Shown piece after piece: positions 1-8,158 of a DNA stretch of 64,000 nucleotides (position 1 is its first letter; every line of letters begins with the position of its first letter). The translations under genes and the position numbers were made by a program. The notes below the pieces were generated by a model that worked only from the letters and a program-made list of their open reading frames with translations, ran no database searches and was not told the origin of the DNA. Source of the DNA: Gemmatimonadota bacterium (GTDB lineage: Bacteria; Gemmatimonadota; Gemmatimonadetes; Gemmatimonadales; GWC2-71-9); assembly GCA_039586365.1 (NCBI GenBank), contig JBDHKN010000017.1, forward strand, positions 1-64,000, written 5' to 3'.

Positions 1-696
1 TTTTTGTTCATCGCGGCGGCGTTGGTGTTTCTGACCATGTGGTACACAGGGAGACGGCTCGAGCAGCAACGGGCAGGCGAGAAGGCACCCAGCGGCTTCG
101 CTAATGCCATGGAAGCCATAGTGCTTTTTGTCAGGAACGAAATAGCCATCGCCAACATTGGGCATGACGGCGCCAAGTTCGCTCCGTACATCATGACGCT
201 CTTCTTCTTCATACTCTACGCGAACCTGCTCGGCCTGCTCCCGCATGGCAGCACCGCAACCGGAAACGTGGCCGTCACGGGGGCGCTCGCAATCACCGCG
301 CTACTAACGATTGAGATCAGCGGTTTCATCAAGCTTGGCCCGAAGGGCTACCTGAGGACGATTTTCCCCAAGGTTCCGGGCCTCGACGGTCCCGGAGCAG
401 TCGCTATGTCGCTCTTCATGGGGCCGATCGAGATACTCGGCAAGCTCGTCAAGCCTTTCGCGCTCACGGTGCGATTGTTCGGCAACATGACGGCGGGACA
501 CTTCGTGATCCTATCGCTCATGGGACTGATATTCTTGTTCGGCAACCTGGGGATTTGGAGTTGGGGGATAGGAATCGTCGCGAGCCTGCTGGTTGTAGGT
601 ATCATGCTACTCGAGCTGTTCGTGGCGCTGTTGCAGGCATACGTGTTCGCATTGCTGACTAGCGTGTTCATCGGCATGATGCAGCACGAGCACTAG
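1..696 (+). CDS. atpB: F0F1 ATP synthase subunit a (5'-truncated by window edge)
   Basis: ANLLGLLP, TATGN, KPFALTVRLFGNMTAGH (essential Arg), ELFVALLQAYVF motifs; followed by subunits c, b, delta. Confidence 0.97.
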   Translation, partial: FLFIAAALVFLTMWYTGRRLEQQRAGEKAPSGFANAMEAIVLFVRNEIAIANIGHDGAKFAPYIMTLFFFILYANLLGLLPHGSTATGNVAVTGALAITALLTIEISGFIKLGPKGYLRTIFPKVPGLDGPGAVAMSLFMGPIEILGKLVKPFALTVRLFGNMTAGHFVILSLMGLIFLFGNLGIWSWGIGIVASLLVVGIMLLELFVALLQAYVFALLTSVFIGMMQHEH

Positions 697-907
697 GACA
701 GTTGGCAGGCAGTGAAGAGGAATTGAAAACGGGATGGTCAAGGCGCTCCTAGTCATCCCTCAACGTACCTGGCCGGATGGCCGGGGAAGCCCACTGGTCG
801 AGAGACCGTTGGTGGGTTGCCGCGAAAGCTGTCGTTACGGGAGAGACGAAGCTGACGTGGGGTGCGCATGCGTGCGATGATCTCCCTGAAACAAGAGGAA
901 TCACTAA

Positions 908-1186
908 ATGCTGTTGAATATCCTTGCCGCGTTACAGGAGCCTGATGCTGCAGCCAGTGCGAGGGATGCCCACTCACTGTTCGGGGCGGCGCTGGGAATC
1001 GGCATGGCAATCATCGGTGCCGGTATCGGTCTGGGCCGCATTGGTGGGCAGGCCGCTGAGGCGATAGCCAGACAACCGGAAGCAAGCGGTGACATCCGTG
1101 GTATAGCGATCCTCATCGCGGTGCTGCTCGAGGGAGTCACGATCATCGCGCTGGTATTCGCACTGCTGTTCAAGCTCATCGCGTAG
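908..1186 (+). CDS. atpE: F0F1 ATP synthase subunit c
   Basis: GAGIGLG glycine motif, ARQPE loop, conserved Glu in LLEGV; SD GAGGA upstream. Confidence 0.97.
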   Translation: MLLNILAALQEPDAAASARDAHSLFGAALGIGMAIIGAGIGLGRIGGQAAEAIARQPEASGDIRGIAILIAVLLEGVTIIALVFALLFKLIA

Positions 1187-1195
1187 CGTCAATCA

Positions 1196-1753
1196 ATGCT
1201 GTACGTATTGTTATCCGTTCTCCAGGAACACGGAGCGGCCGAGTCCACGGGATTCAGTTCGCCATTCGAGGTGAACACGGGGCTGTTCGTCTGGACCTGG
1301 CTGGTTTTCATCATTCTCTTCTTCCTGCTGAGGAAGTATGCTTGGCCCCCGATCGTGAGGCTCACGGAAGAGCGCGAGCAGACCATCCGGCGGCAACTCG
1401 ATGAAGCCGAGCAGATGAATACCGATGCTAAGGCCACTCTGGAGGAGCACAAGAAGCTTTTGGCCCAATCGAAAGACGAGGCTCACCAGCTGATAGCAGA
1501 AGCCAAGACTCTGGCTGAGAAGGAGCGTGAGCGACTCCTAGCTAAGGCGCGGGACGAGCACGGAGAGATGCTCCAACGGGCCAAGCAGGAGATCGATGCT
1601 GAGCGTGACAAAGCGCTGGTTGAACTGCGCCGTGAGGCAATCGATTTGTCTTTGGCGGCTGCATCGAAGCTGATACAGCGGCGGCTCGAGGGTGAAGGTG
1701 ATCGCAAGATCGTTGAGGAATACTTGAGTACCCTTGACGAGGAGCAACGTTGA
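1196..1753 (+). CDS. atpF: F0F1 ATP synthase subunit b
   Basis: N-terminal TM (GLFVWTWLVFIILFFLLRKYAWPPI) then long charged coiled coil; operon position. Confidence 0.95.
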   Translation: MLYVLLSVLQEHGAAESTGFSSPFEVNTGLFVWTWLVFIILFFLLRKYAWPPIVRLTEEREQTIRRQLDEAEQMNTDAKATLEEHKKLLAQSKDEAHQLIAEAKTLAEKERERLLAKARDEHGEMLQRAKQEIDAERDKALVELRREAIDLSLAAASKLIQRRLEGEGDRKIVEEYLSTLDEEQR

Positions 1754-2289
1754 GAGAGCCAACGATCGTTCGGAACTATGCCGAAGCACTCTTCCAAGTT
1801 GGTGAGAGTTCCGGCGATACGGAGCTCTTCGCGGATCTAATGGAGGGTATCTCGAGCGCGATAGAATCCGACGGGCGGATCCGCCAGTTGCTGGAATCTC
1901 CTCGAGTCCCGAAACGGTCTAAGCAGGACATCCTGGCTCGGGCACTCGCCCCATATGCACCACAGCCGTTTGTCAGGTTCGTTGCGGCCGTAGTAAAGCG
2001 TGGTAGGCAGGGACTTCTTGTCCCGATCTGCCAACGATACCTGCGTATGGTGGATGACAAGTTCAATAGAGTGCACGCTGGCGTGACCCTGGCCCGCCAG
2101 CCGGATGCGTCGCTGCAAGACATGGTACGACGCCGGCTCAGCGAGGTACTCGGCAAGGAAGTGATCCCCCAGTTCCGGACTGATCCGGATATCCTGGGAG
2201 GATTGGTTGTTCGGGTCGGCGACCGCGTCATGGATGGTTCCCTAAGGCGACGCATGGTTGCCCTCCGGAGAAAACTCCTGGGCGCCTGA
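1750..2289 (+). CDS. atpH: F0F1 ATP synthase subunit delta
   Basis: RNYAEALF N-terminus, DPDILGGLVVRVGDRVMDGSLR C-terminal motif; TTG start overlaps atpF stop. Confidence 0.95.
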   Translation: MREPTIVRNYAEALFQVGESSGDTELFADLMEGISSAIESDGRIRQLLESPRVPKRSKQDILARALAPYAPQPFVRFVAAVVKRGRQGLLVPICQRYLRMVDDKFNRVHAGVTLARQPDASLQDMVRRRLSEVLGKEVIPQFRTDPDILGGLVVRVGDRVMDGSLRRRMVALRRKLLGA

Positions 2290-2320
2290 GCTGGGCCGTC
2301 TTGTGCTGGCATTTGGGATT

Positions 2321-2350
2321 GACCCCGGGCGCGACCGGGGTCTTTTCTTC
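2321..2350 (+). terminator. Intrinsic terminator after atpH
   Basis: GACCCCGG-gcgcga-CCGGGGTC perfect 8-bp stem followed by TTTTCTTC. Confidence 0.85.
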
Positions 2351-2397
2351 ATTCAACTATGGACGGATTTGGCTTCGAAATAGGGAGGGCGACTTAG

Positions 2398-3279
2398 ATG
2401 TCGGAAAGAGTGGGTTTCGTCGGCCTTGGTGCCATTGGACGTCCGATGGCTGTCCACCTGGTCAAAGCGTTCGACACGATGGTGTGGAACCGCACGTTCG
2501 ACCGCGCACAAGCGTTTGCCGAAGAGAATGGCAGCAAGGTGGCGGAAGACCCGGCCGAACTCGTGTCGTGGGCAGACGTTGTCATCACTTGTCTGCCGAC
2601 GTCAATTGAGGTGAGGGAGGTGCTCGAGAGTGTAGCAGGGCTGTGGCGGTCTGGACAGCTCGTCGTAGATGCGACGTCCGGTGATCCCGGGGAGTCTCGT
2701 AGGCTGACAGAGTGGTTGCAGCAGAAAGGGGTCGGATTCGTTGACGCTCCAGTTAGCGGAGGAACGAGCGGGGCAGAAGCCGGAGAACTCACGTCGATGC
2801 TGGGTGGTGAGGTTGCTGAGGTGGAGCGGGCCAAGCTGGTGGTGGCGCCGTACTCCAAGATGATAGTCCATGTCGGCCCCGTTGGCACCGCCCATGCGCT
2901 CAAGGCGATCAACAACGCTTTGTTGGCTGTCAATATCCAGGCTGCCGGAGAAGGTCTCGCAGCTCTGGTGAAGCTAGGTGTAAGGGCTCAAACGGCATTG
3001 GACGTGATCAACGTTTCCACTGGTCGCTCGAACGTAAGCGAGAATCTGATTCCGGAGCGGGTGATCACCCGAGCCTGGCCGCGCACGTTCCGCTTGGCAT
3101 TGCTGGATAAGGATGTGGGCATAGCCCTGAAGGTCCTGCAAGACACGGGAGTACCCGCTGACGCGATCGGTACTGCGAAGCAATCATTTGCCGCGGCGCG
3201 TGCAACTCTCGGCGAGGCGGCAGATCACGTGGAGTTGATAAAGGAGATCGAGAAGGCTGCGGGGGTGGAGATCCGGTAG
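2398..3279 (+). CDS. NAD(P)-dependent beta-hydroxyacid dehydrogenase (3-hydroxyisobutyrate dehydrogenase family)
   Basis: GFVGLGAIGRPMA Rossmann motif, DAPVSGG, KAINN catalytic Lys, KDV motif. Confidence 0.9.
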   Translation: MSERVGFVGLGAIGRPMAVHLVKAFDTMVWNRTFDRAQAFAEENGSKVAEDPAELVSWADVVITCLPTSIEVREVLESVAGLWRSGQLVVDATSGDPGESRRLTEWLQQKGVGFVDAPVSGGTSGAEAGELTSMLGGEVAEVERAKLVVAPYSKMIVHVGPVGTAHALKAINNALLAVNIQAAGEGLAALVKLGVRAQTALDVINVSTGRSNVSENLIPERVITRAWPRTFRLALLDKDVGIALKVLQDTGVPADAIGTAKQSFAAARATLGEAADHVELIKEIEKAAGVEIR

Positions 3280-3352
3280 AGACACGAAGATGATGGCAGC
3301 GAGGTCCTGCTACAGGTCTCGCTGCCACTCCACTGCGCCAGTCAGTCGCGGT

Positions 3353-3907
3353 TTAGAACTCTACCTGCGGTGTCTCACGGGCCGTGTCATCCGACAGTTC
3401 GAAGTATTCCCGCGCCTTCGCTCCGATCATCTTGGCGGTCAGGACCTGTGGAAACCGGCGGATGTACGAATTGTATTCCTGGACGGCCGCGTTGTAATCC
3501 TGACGGGCAGTAGAAATCCTGTTCTCGGTTCCCTCCAACTGATCCTGCAAGGCTCGGAAGTTCTCGTTGGATCGAATCTCGGGGTTGTCTTCAGCTATTG
3601 CGATGAGTCGCCCGAGGGCTGAACCTAGTGTTCGGTTGGCTGCGGCCATTTCGGCGAGATCCCCACCATCAACTGCGCCACCTAATTGAGCTCGCGCTTG
3701 GGTTACGGCGTCAAATATCTCCTGTTCCTGTTCTGCGAAGCCCTTGACGGTGGCGACCAAGTTGGGCACCAAATCAGCTCGCCGTTGTAGCTGGACTTCA
3801 ATTTGACTGCGGAAATTCTCCACCTGCTCATCGAGGGCCTGAATCCTGTTGTATCCGCAGCTTGAAAGAACAAGTGGGACCAGTCCGCAGAAGATTGCTC
3901 GCTTCAT
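3353..3907 (-). CDS. lemA: LemA family protein
   Basis: GYN, QLQRRADLVPNLV, NFRALQDQLEGTENRI, YN...FP motifs; lipoprotein-like N-terminus. Confidence 0.93.
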   Translation of the reverse strand: MKRAIFCGLVPLVLSSCGYNRIQALDEQVENFRSQIEVQLQRRADLVPNLVATVKGFAEQEQEIFDAVTQARAQLGGAVDGGDLAEMAAANRTLGSALGRLIAIAEDNPEIRSNENFRALQDQLEGTENRISTARQDYNAAVQEYNSYIRRFPQVLTAKMIGAKAREYFELSDDTARETPQVEF

Positions 3908-3910
3908 TCG

Positions 3911-4657
3911 CTACTCCCTAGCTCCGATCTTGTCGGCGGAGCCCGTTGCGTCAAACGTGTCAACAAAACTCGCTAGTCGTTCTATTTGCTCCAAGTACCG
4001 GTCTCCGACCGAGTCATAAGGCTCGAGGTCGGGCACCTTCCGGCCCGAGATCCTGTCTAGTATCCACGAGAACGCGGTGGTATCGATTCCGGTTGTGGCG
4101 CCAATGTCGCGCACCAGATTGGGTACCTCCTGCGGTGGTGTTTCGCCGACCAATCGGAGCACTCCTCGGAACAGTACAAAGAAGGTTCTTGCAGAAGCGA
4201 CCAGGAGAGTCCCAAGTGCCTTGCCATTCGAAGCCACTGCTGCGAATTCGGCCCGCAACTGGAGTAACTTGCCTCGTACTTCCCGCTCTAGTTCTCGCCG
4301 CAAGTCGTCTCTGGTGGTCTCTATTCCTTCGAGAGGGTTTGCCCCTCTCACGAGGAGGTGCGCCTCCTTCATGTCCTCGATCTCGATCGGGAAGACGTCC
4401 GTTGCTGCCCGCCACTCCCACTCAGAGAAAATGAGCGGCGGTGGGTTCTTCTTCCTCGTCCAACTGTTGACGTGAGACTCGATTGGGCGCAGATGTCGCG
4501 GACCCGCGTCACGGAGGATGAGGAGCGTAGCCGCTTCGCCGGTTCCCTCGTGGCGTACGGCCGGGCCGTACAGCAGTAGAGAGATGAGGTTGTCTCCCAG
4601 TGCTTGCTCCAGCTGCTTGGCAAACTCTTCCACCTGTGACTTTGTGTCTCGCGCCAT
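3911..4657 (-). CDS. Nucleotidyltransferase-fold protein (catalytic motif degenerate)
   Basis: ATG at 4657 coupled to upstream stop (TAATG); LGDNLISLLLYG, DVFPIE, DLRRELERE...GKLLQLR typical of the NTase-like family found between TPM and LemA genes. Confidence 0.7.
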   Translation of the reverse strand: MARDTKSQVEEFAKQLEQALGDNLISLLLYGPAVRHEGTGEAATLLILRDAGPRHLRPIESHVNSWTRKKNPPPLIFSEWEWRAATDVFPIEIEDMKEAHLLVRGANPLEGIETTRDDLRRELEREVRGKLLQLRAEFAAVASNGKALGTLLVASARTFFVLFRGVLRLVGETPPQEVPNLVRDIGATTGIDTTAFSWILDRISGRKVPDLEPYDSVGDRYLEQIERLASFVDTFDATGSADKIGARE

Positions 4658-5478
4658 TAGAAACTCCCTGAAGCTCCTCCACCTCCAAACCCACCGCCGC
4701 CGCCGAACCCTCCAAACCCACCGCCGCCGAATCCTCCTCCTCCCCAGCCGCCTCCGCCGTACCATCCACCACGATGTCGGCCCGAACTCCCGAGGAGCAT
4801 ACTCAGCAGGAGCCAGTCGAGGCCACCTCCGCGGTAGCGCCCGCCAGGCCCACGTCCGCCGCGTCCCCCGCCAAACAGCAGCGGCAGGATGATGAAGACG
4901 AGGATGAGCAGAGGCAGCAACCTGCGAGCTGTGCCTGTGCTCGGTTGTGTTTGGGGTCGTGGTACCGAGGCACTACCAGTGAGCTCGAATCCGAACTCCT
5001 CGGCAAACGCTTCGCCAAGCAGCCAGACACCCGCCAACAGACCCGCGCCATAGCTTCTGTTCTCCACCGCCACCCGTCCGATACTATCCCGGATCCTGCC
5101 CGCGCGGGAGTCGGTGATGAACCCTTCAGAGCCGATCCCGGTAGCTATTGCCAGCTGGGATCTTCCGTCGCCAGGCCGATCCCCCGGTACCAGCAGGAGG
5201 ATGACGCCCGTGTTGCGAGCCCGATCTCCAGCCGCACCGACCGCTCCGACACCCCACTGCCGCCCAATGTCCCTCGCTACCTCGATGGACGCACGGCCCT
5301 CCAGCCCTGACAGCGTAACCACAACGATCTCGCCGCGCGACTTCTCCAGCACCTCGGCGATCACGGCCTCCATCGTGCGGGCAGACGTCGGATCCACCAC
5401 ATGGGCGAAATCGTTCACATATCCCACGGGCTGGGGGATCTGCAACTGGAAAACCAGTGCCAGCGAGACAAGCATCAT
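4657..5478 (-). CDS. TPM domain-containing membrane protein with Gly-rich tail
   Basis: GYVNDFAHV, EIVVVT, WGVG, NTGVILLL, G(S)EGFITD; TM helix; GGFGGFGGGGGFGGGGASGSF tail. Confidence 0.92.
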   Translation of the reverse strand: MMLVSLALVFQLQIPQPVGYVNDFAHVVDPTSARTMEAVIAEVLEKSRGEIVVVTLSGLEGRASIEVARDIGRQWGVGAVGAAGDRARNTGVILLLVPGDRPGDGRSQLAIATGIGSEGFITDSRAGRIRDSIGRVAVENRSYGAGLLAGVWLLGEAFAEEFGFELTGSASVPRPQTQPSTGTARRLLPLLILVFIILPLLFGGGRGGRGPGGRYRGGGLDWLLLSMLLGSSGRHRGGWYGGGGWGGGGFGGGGFGGFGGGGGFGGGGASGSF

Positions 5479-5532
5479 GGGGAACGAAAGATAAACGGTG
5501 AGCGCTCGCGATGTAGTCTAGTTGCCAGAAGT

Positions 5533-5561
5533 TTGCAGCACTGGAGGGTCTCTCGTAGCTT
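5533..5561 (+). promoter_or_regulatory. Putative sigma70 promoter
   Basis: TTGCAG-17 nt-TAGCTT. Confidence 0.55.
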
Positions 5562-5565
5562 ATGC

Positions 5566-5690
5566 GGTTGGCCTGAGCCAGACTCGGCGAGTCGTGAATC
5601 TTCGGACACTTGGGGAGGTGCTCCTCACGCACCATGGGCAACACAGCCAGCCTCGCGCCACGGCGCATCGTTTTGGCGTATCGGATGCCA
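5566..5690 (+). ncRNA. Candidate structured leader RNA (unclassified)
   Basis: Closing stem 5566-5575/5644-5652 enclosing three hairpins, one with a cUUCGg loop; begins at the predicted TSS. Confidence 0.4.
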
Positions 5691-5691
5691 G

Positions 5692-6285
5692 GTGGCTGAC
5701 GGTCACCGCGCCGAGTTTCTGACCGGCGGAGAGGGAGATCGGAGGAGGTTCTTCCGGTCCACCCTGGGTCGGATCCTCGACGAAGTCGGTCGTCGCACTG
5801 AGCGGCGCGTCGTACCGCAACGATCCTTCCGGCCACCGGGTGCGCTGGATGAAGTTGCCTTCATCGCAGCCTGTACTCGATGCAACGATTGCATAGAGGT
5901 ATGCCCCCCGAGGGCGATCTTCAACGCACCAACGAGTGCTGGGTTGGCGGCAGGCACACCTGTGATTGATCCTCAAATCCAGCCCTGTACGGTTTGTCCG
6001 GACATGCCTTGTGCAACTGTCTGTCCGACTGAGGCTCTGACGCCACCTGAGCATCTGTGGGAAGGCTATCGACTAGCGGAGCTGGAACTGGTGCCGGAAC
6101 GGTGCATTGCATTTAATAACGTGGAGTGCGGTGTTTGTGCACGTGTTTGCCCAGTCGGAGAGCGTGCTATCGGACTCGATGGGGCTGGCCAGCCGGTGAT
6201 CCGTGCTGAGGGTTGTGTCGGGTGTGGGGTTTGTGTACGCGCGTGTGTAACGACCCCAGCGTCACTGGTGTTACATCTTCAGTGA
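5692..6285 (+). CDS. NapG/NapF/MauM-like multi-[4Fe-4S] ferredoxin
   Basis: RPPGA, CxxCxxCxxxCP, CxxC..PCxxxCP, CI...CxxCxxxCP, CxGCGxCxxxC; GTG start inferred. Confidence 0.88.
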   Translation: MADGHRAEFLTGGEGDRRRFFRSTLGRILDEVGRRTERRVVPQRSFRPPGALDEVAFIAACTRCNDCIEVCPPRAIFNAPTSAGLAAGTPVIDPQIQPCTVCPDMPCATVCPTEALTPPEHLWEGYRLAELELVPERCIAFNNVECGVCARVCPVGERAIGLDGAGQPVIRAEGCVGCGVCVRACVTTPASLVLHLQ

Positions 6286-6297
6286 GGAAGGACTTTC

Positions 6298-6645
6298 GTG
6301 GAAACACCTTATCGCGTTGCTAAACCCTGGGGTCACGAACTGATATGGGCGAAGACTGACCGCTATGTGGGCAAGATACTGCACATCGAGCCGGGTCATC
6401 TCTTGAGCCTACAGTATCATGAGAGGAAGGATGAAACGATCTTCGTGCTGACCGGTGAGATCATCTTTCGGGTGGGGTCTGGCAATGAACTGACTGAGCT
6501 TCGAATGCGCGAAGGCGACAGTTACCACGTTACGCCCGGTACCGTCCATCAGATGGAGGCCATCGTCGCAACCGATCTCTTGGAGGCGTCGACTCCTGAA
6601 CTAGACGACGTCGTACGCCTGGAAGACAGATACGGGAGGGTTTGA
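6298..6645 (+). CDS. Cupin domain protein (mannose-6-phosphate isomerase C-terminal-like)
   Basis: KPWGHE, LSLQYHERKDET, PGTVH, DDVVRLEDRYGR. Confidence 0.88.
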   Translation: METPYRVAKPWGHELIWAKTDRYVGKILHIEPGHLLSLQYHERKDETIFVLTGEIIFRVGSGNELTELRMREGDSYHVTPGTVHQMEAIVATDLLEASTPELDDVVRLEDRYGRV

Positions 6646-7628
6646 TGAAGGTGATCCTACCGGTGGCCGGCAAAGGGACCCGCCTGCTACCCGTAACCAG
6701 GTGGGTACCGAAACCGCTGGTCCGAGTAGCAGGTCGGGCAGTGTTGGACTACGTGATCGACAAACTGAGTGGCTTGGATGTGGAAGAACTCATTTTCATC
6801 ACTGGACACCTGAAGGAGACGGTCGAGGAATATGTGCGCAGTAACTACAGCCTCCCGTCACGTTTCGTTGAGCAGGAGGTCCAAGATGGAACCGCAGGAG
6901 CGGTGAACCTAGCGCGGCCCTACGTGGATGGACCGGTGATGATCATCTTCGTCGATACGGTGTTCGATGCTGATCTGAGTGTGGTGAATCAGGTCGATGC
7001 CGATGGTATAGTCTGGGCGAAGGAGGTGGAGGATTACCAGCGATTTGGAGTAGTTGTGACTGACGAACGCGGGTACATGCGGCGGATAGTGGAGAAGCCG
7101 GCCACACCGATCTCGAGACTCGCCAACATAGGTCTTTACTACATCCGTGACTGGCAGACCCTATTCGCAGGAATAGACCGGACGTTGGCAGGTCCCAAGA
7201 CAAAAGGGGAGTGGTTCTTGACTGATGCGTTCCAGTACATGATCGACAATGGTGGCCGGTTGCTTACCGCCGAGGTTGAAGGTTGGTACGACTGTGGCAA
7301 GGTAGATACCCTGCTTGATACGAATCGGCATCTGCTATCGGTCGGGGCGGCACGCCGACCTCCGGTTGTCGCCGGGGTTGAGATAATAGAGCCTGTCTAC
7401 GTTGCTGACGGAGCGGTGCTCAAGGACTGTATAGTCGGACCAAACGTGTCGATTGACGTACGCACGGTGCTGGATGGGACCAGGGTCAGCAACGCGATCG
7501 TCGGGAGTGATTCGAGAGTCGAGAGGTGCCACATCAACCGGTCACTCATTGGTGACGGAGTTACCCTAGCCGACAAGGAGTTGGAGGGGGTCGTAGCAGC
7601 TGCGGACGGAATTGCCCGGGCGCCATAG
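6645..7628 (+). CDS. Sugar-phosphate nucleotidyltransferase
   Basis: ILPVAGKGTRLLP..PKPL, FGVV, VEKP, WYDCG, C-terminal hexapeptide-like repeats. Confidence 0.92.
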   Translation: MKVILPVAGKGTRLLPVTRWVPKPLVRVAGRAVLDYVIDKLSGLDVEELIFITGHLKETVEEYVRSNYSLPSRFVEQEVQDGTAGAVNLARPYVDGPVMIIFVDTVFDADLSVVNQVDADGIVWAKEVEDYQRFGVVVTDERGYMRRIVEKPATPISRLANIGLYYIRDWQTLFAGIDRTLAGPKTKGEWFLTDAFQYMIDNGGRLLTAEVEGWYDCGKVDTLLDTNRHLLSVGAARRPPVVAGVEIIEPVYVADGAVLKDCIVGPNVSIDVRTVLDGTRVSNAIVGSDSRVERCHINRSLIGDGVTLADKELEGVVAAADGIARAP

Positions 7629-7654
7629 CGAAGTACCCTCTCCACTTTCACTGC

Positions 7655-8158
7655 GTGGTTGAGTTGGGCCAAACACGGCGGCCGGTCGGCGAAGTGTTGC
7701 GGTGCATCGTGAACGTTCTAACCGAGAGACAAGTTCCCTATCAACTCGTGGGAGGACTTGCCGCCCACGCGTACGGCGCCAAGCGTGATCTGGTCGATAT
7801 CGATTTCTACATCGACGGTGCTGGTTTTGCCGCCATTATGCCGCTGGTCGAAGAACATCACGTCTTCGGGCCGGTCCGCCACCGTGATGCTATCTGGGAT
7901 CTTGTATACATGCAACTACTGTATGGACATTGGCAGATAGAGTTGGCGGCTGCAGAGACCACGAGATTCTATGACCGTGAGCGACAGGTATGGGCCGACG
8001 CGAACATCGATTTCCACGCTGCCGAGATGTGTGACCTGTATGGTGTCACGATAGCTGTAATGCCCAAGAAGAAGCTAGTTGACTATAAGCATCGCTTGGG
8101 GCGCGAGGTCGATCTGATAGACATCGAGCAGATGAATAGCGGCGGGCCAGAGGGATGA
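7655..8158 (+). CDS. Pol-beta-superfamily nucleotidyltransferase-like protein
   Basis: VGGLAAHAYG...DIDF motif; C-terminal YK..LGR..D..DI. Confidence 0.7.
   Translation: MVELGQTRRPVGEVLRCIVNVLTERQVPYQLVGGLAAHAYGAKRDLVDIDFYIDGAGFAAIMPLVEEHHVFGPVRHRDAIWDLVYMQLLYGHWQIELAAAETTRFYDRERQVWADANIDFHAAEMCDLYGVTIAVMPKKKLVDYKHRLGREVDLIDIEQMNSGGPEG

Noticed and set aside
908..1186. Na+-translocating ATP synthase
   Set aside because: c subunit has E-G-V-T and lacks the Q...E-S/T Na+ signature
4682..4729. 21-bp direct repeat CCTCCAAACCCACCGCCGCCG x2
   Set aside because: Encodes the GGGGFGG repeats of the TPM protein tail; not CRISPR or a mobile element
5611..5660. HDV-like ribozyme resemblance (UGC-UCCUCAC-GCA...UGGGCAACA)
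   Set aside because: Only 4 nt between P3' and the P1.1 GG, so the required ~7-bp P1 cannot form and no matching 5' strand was found
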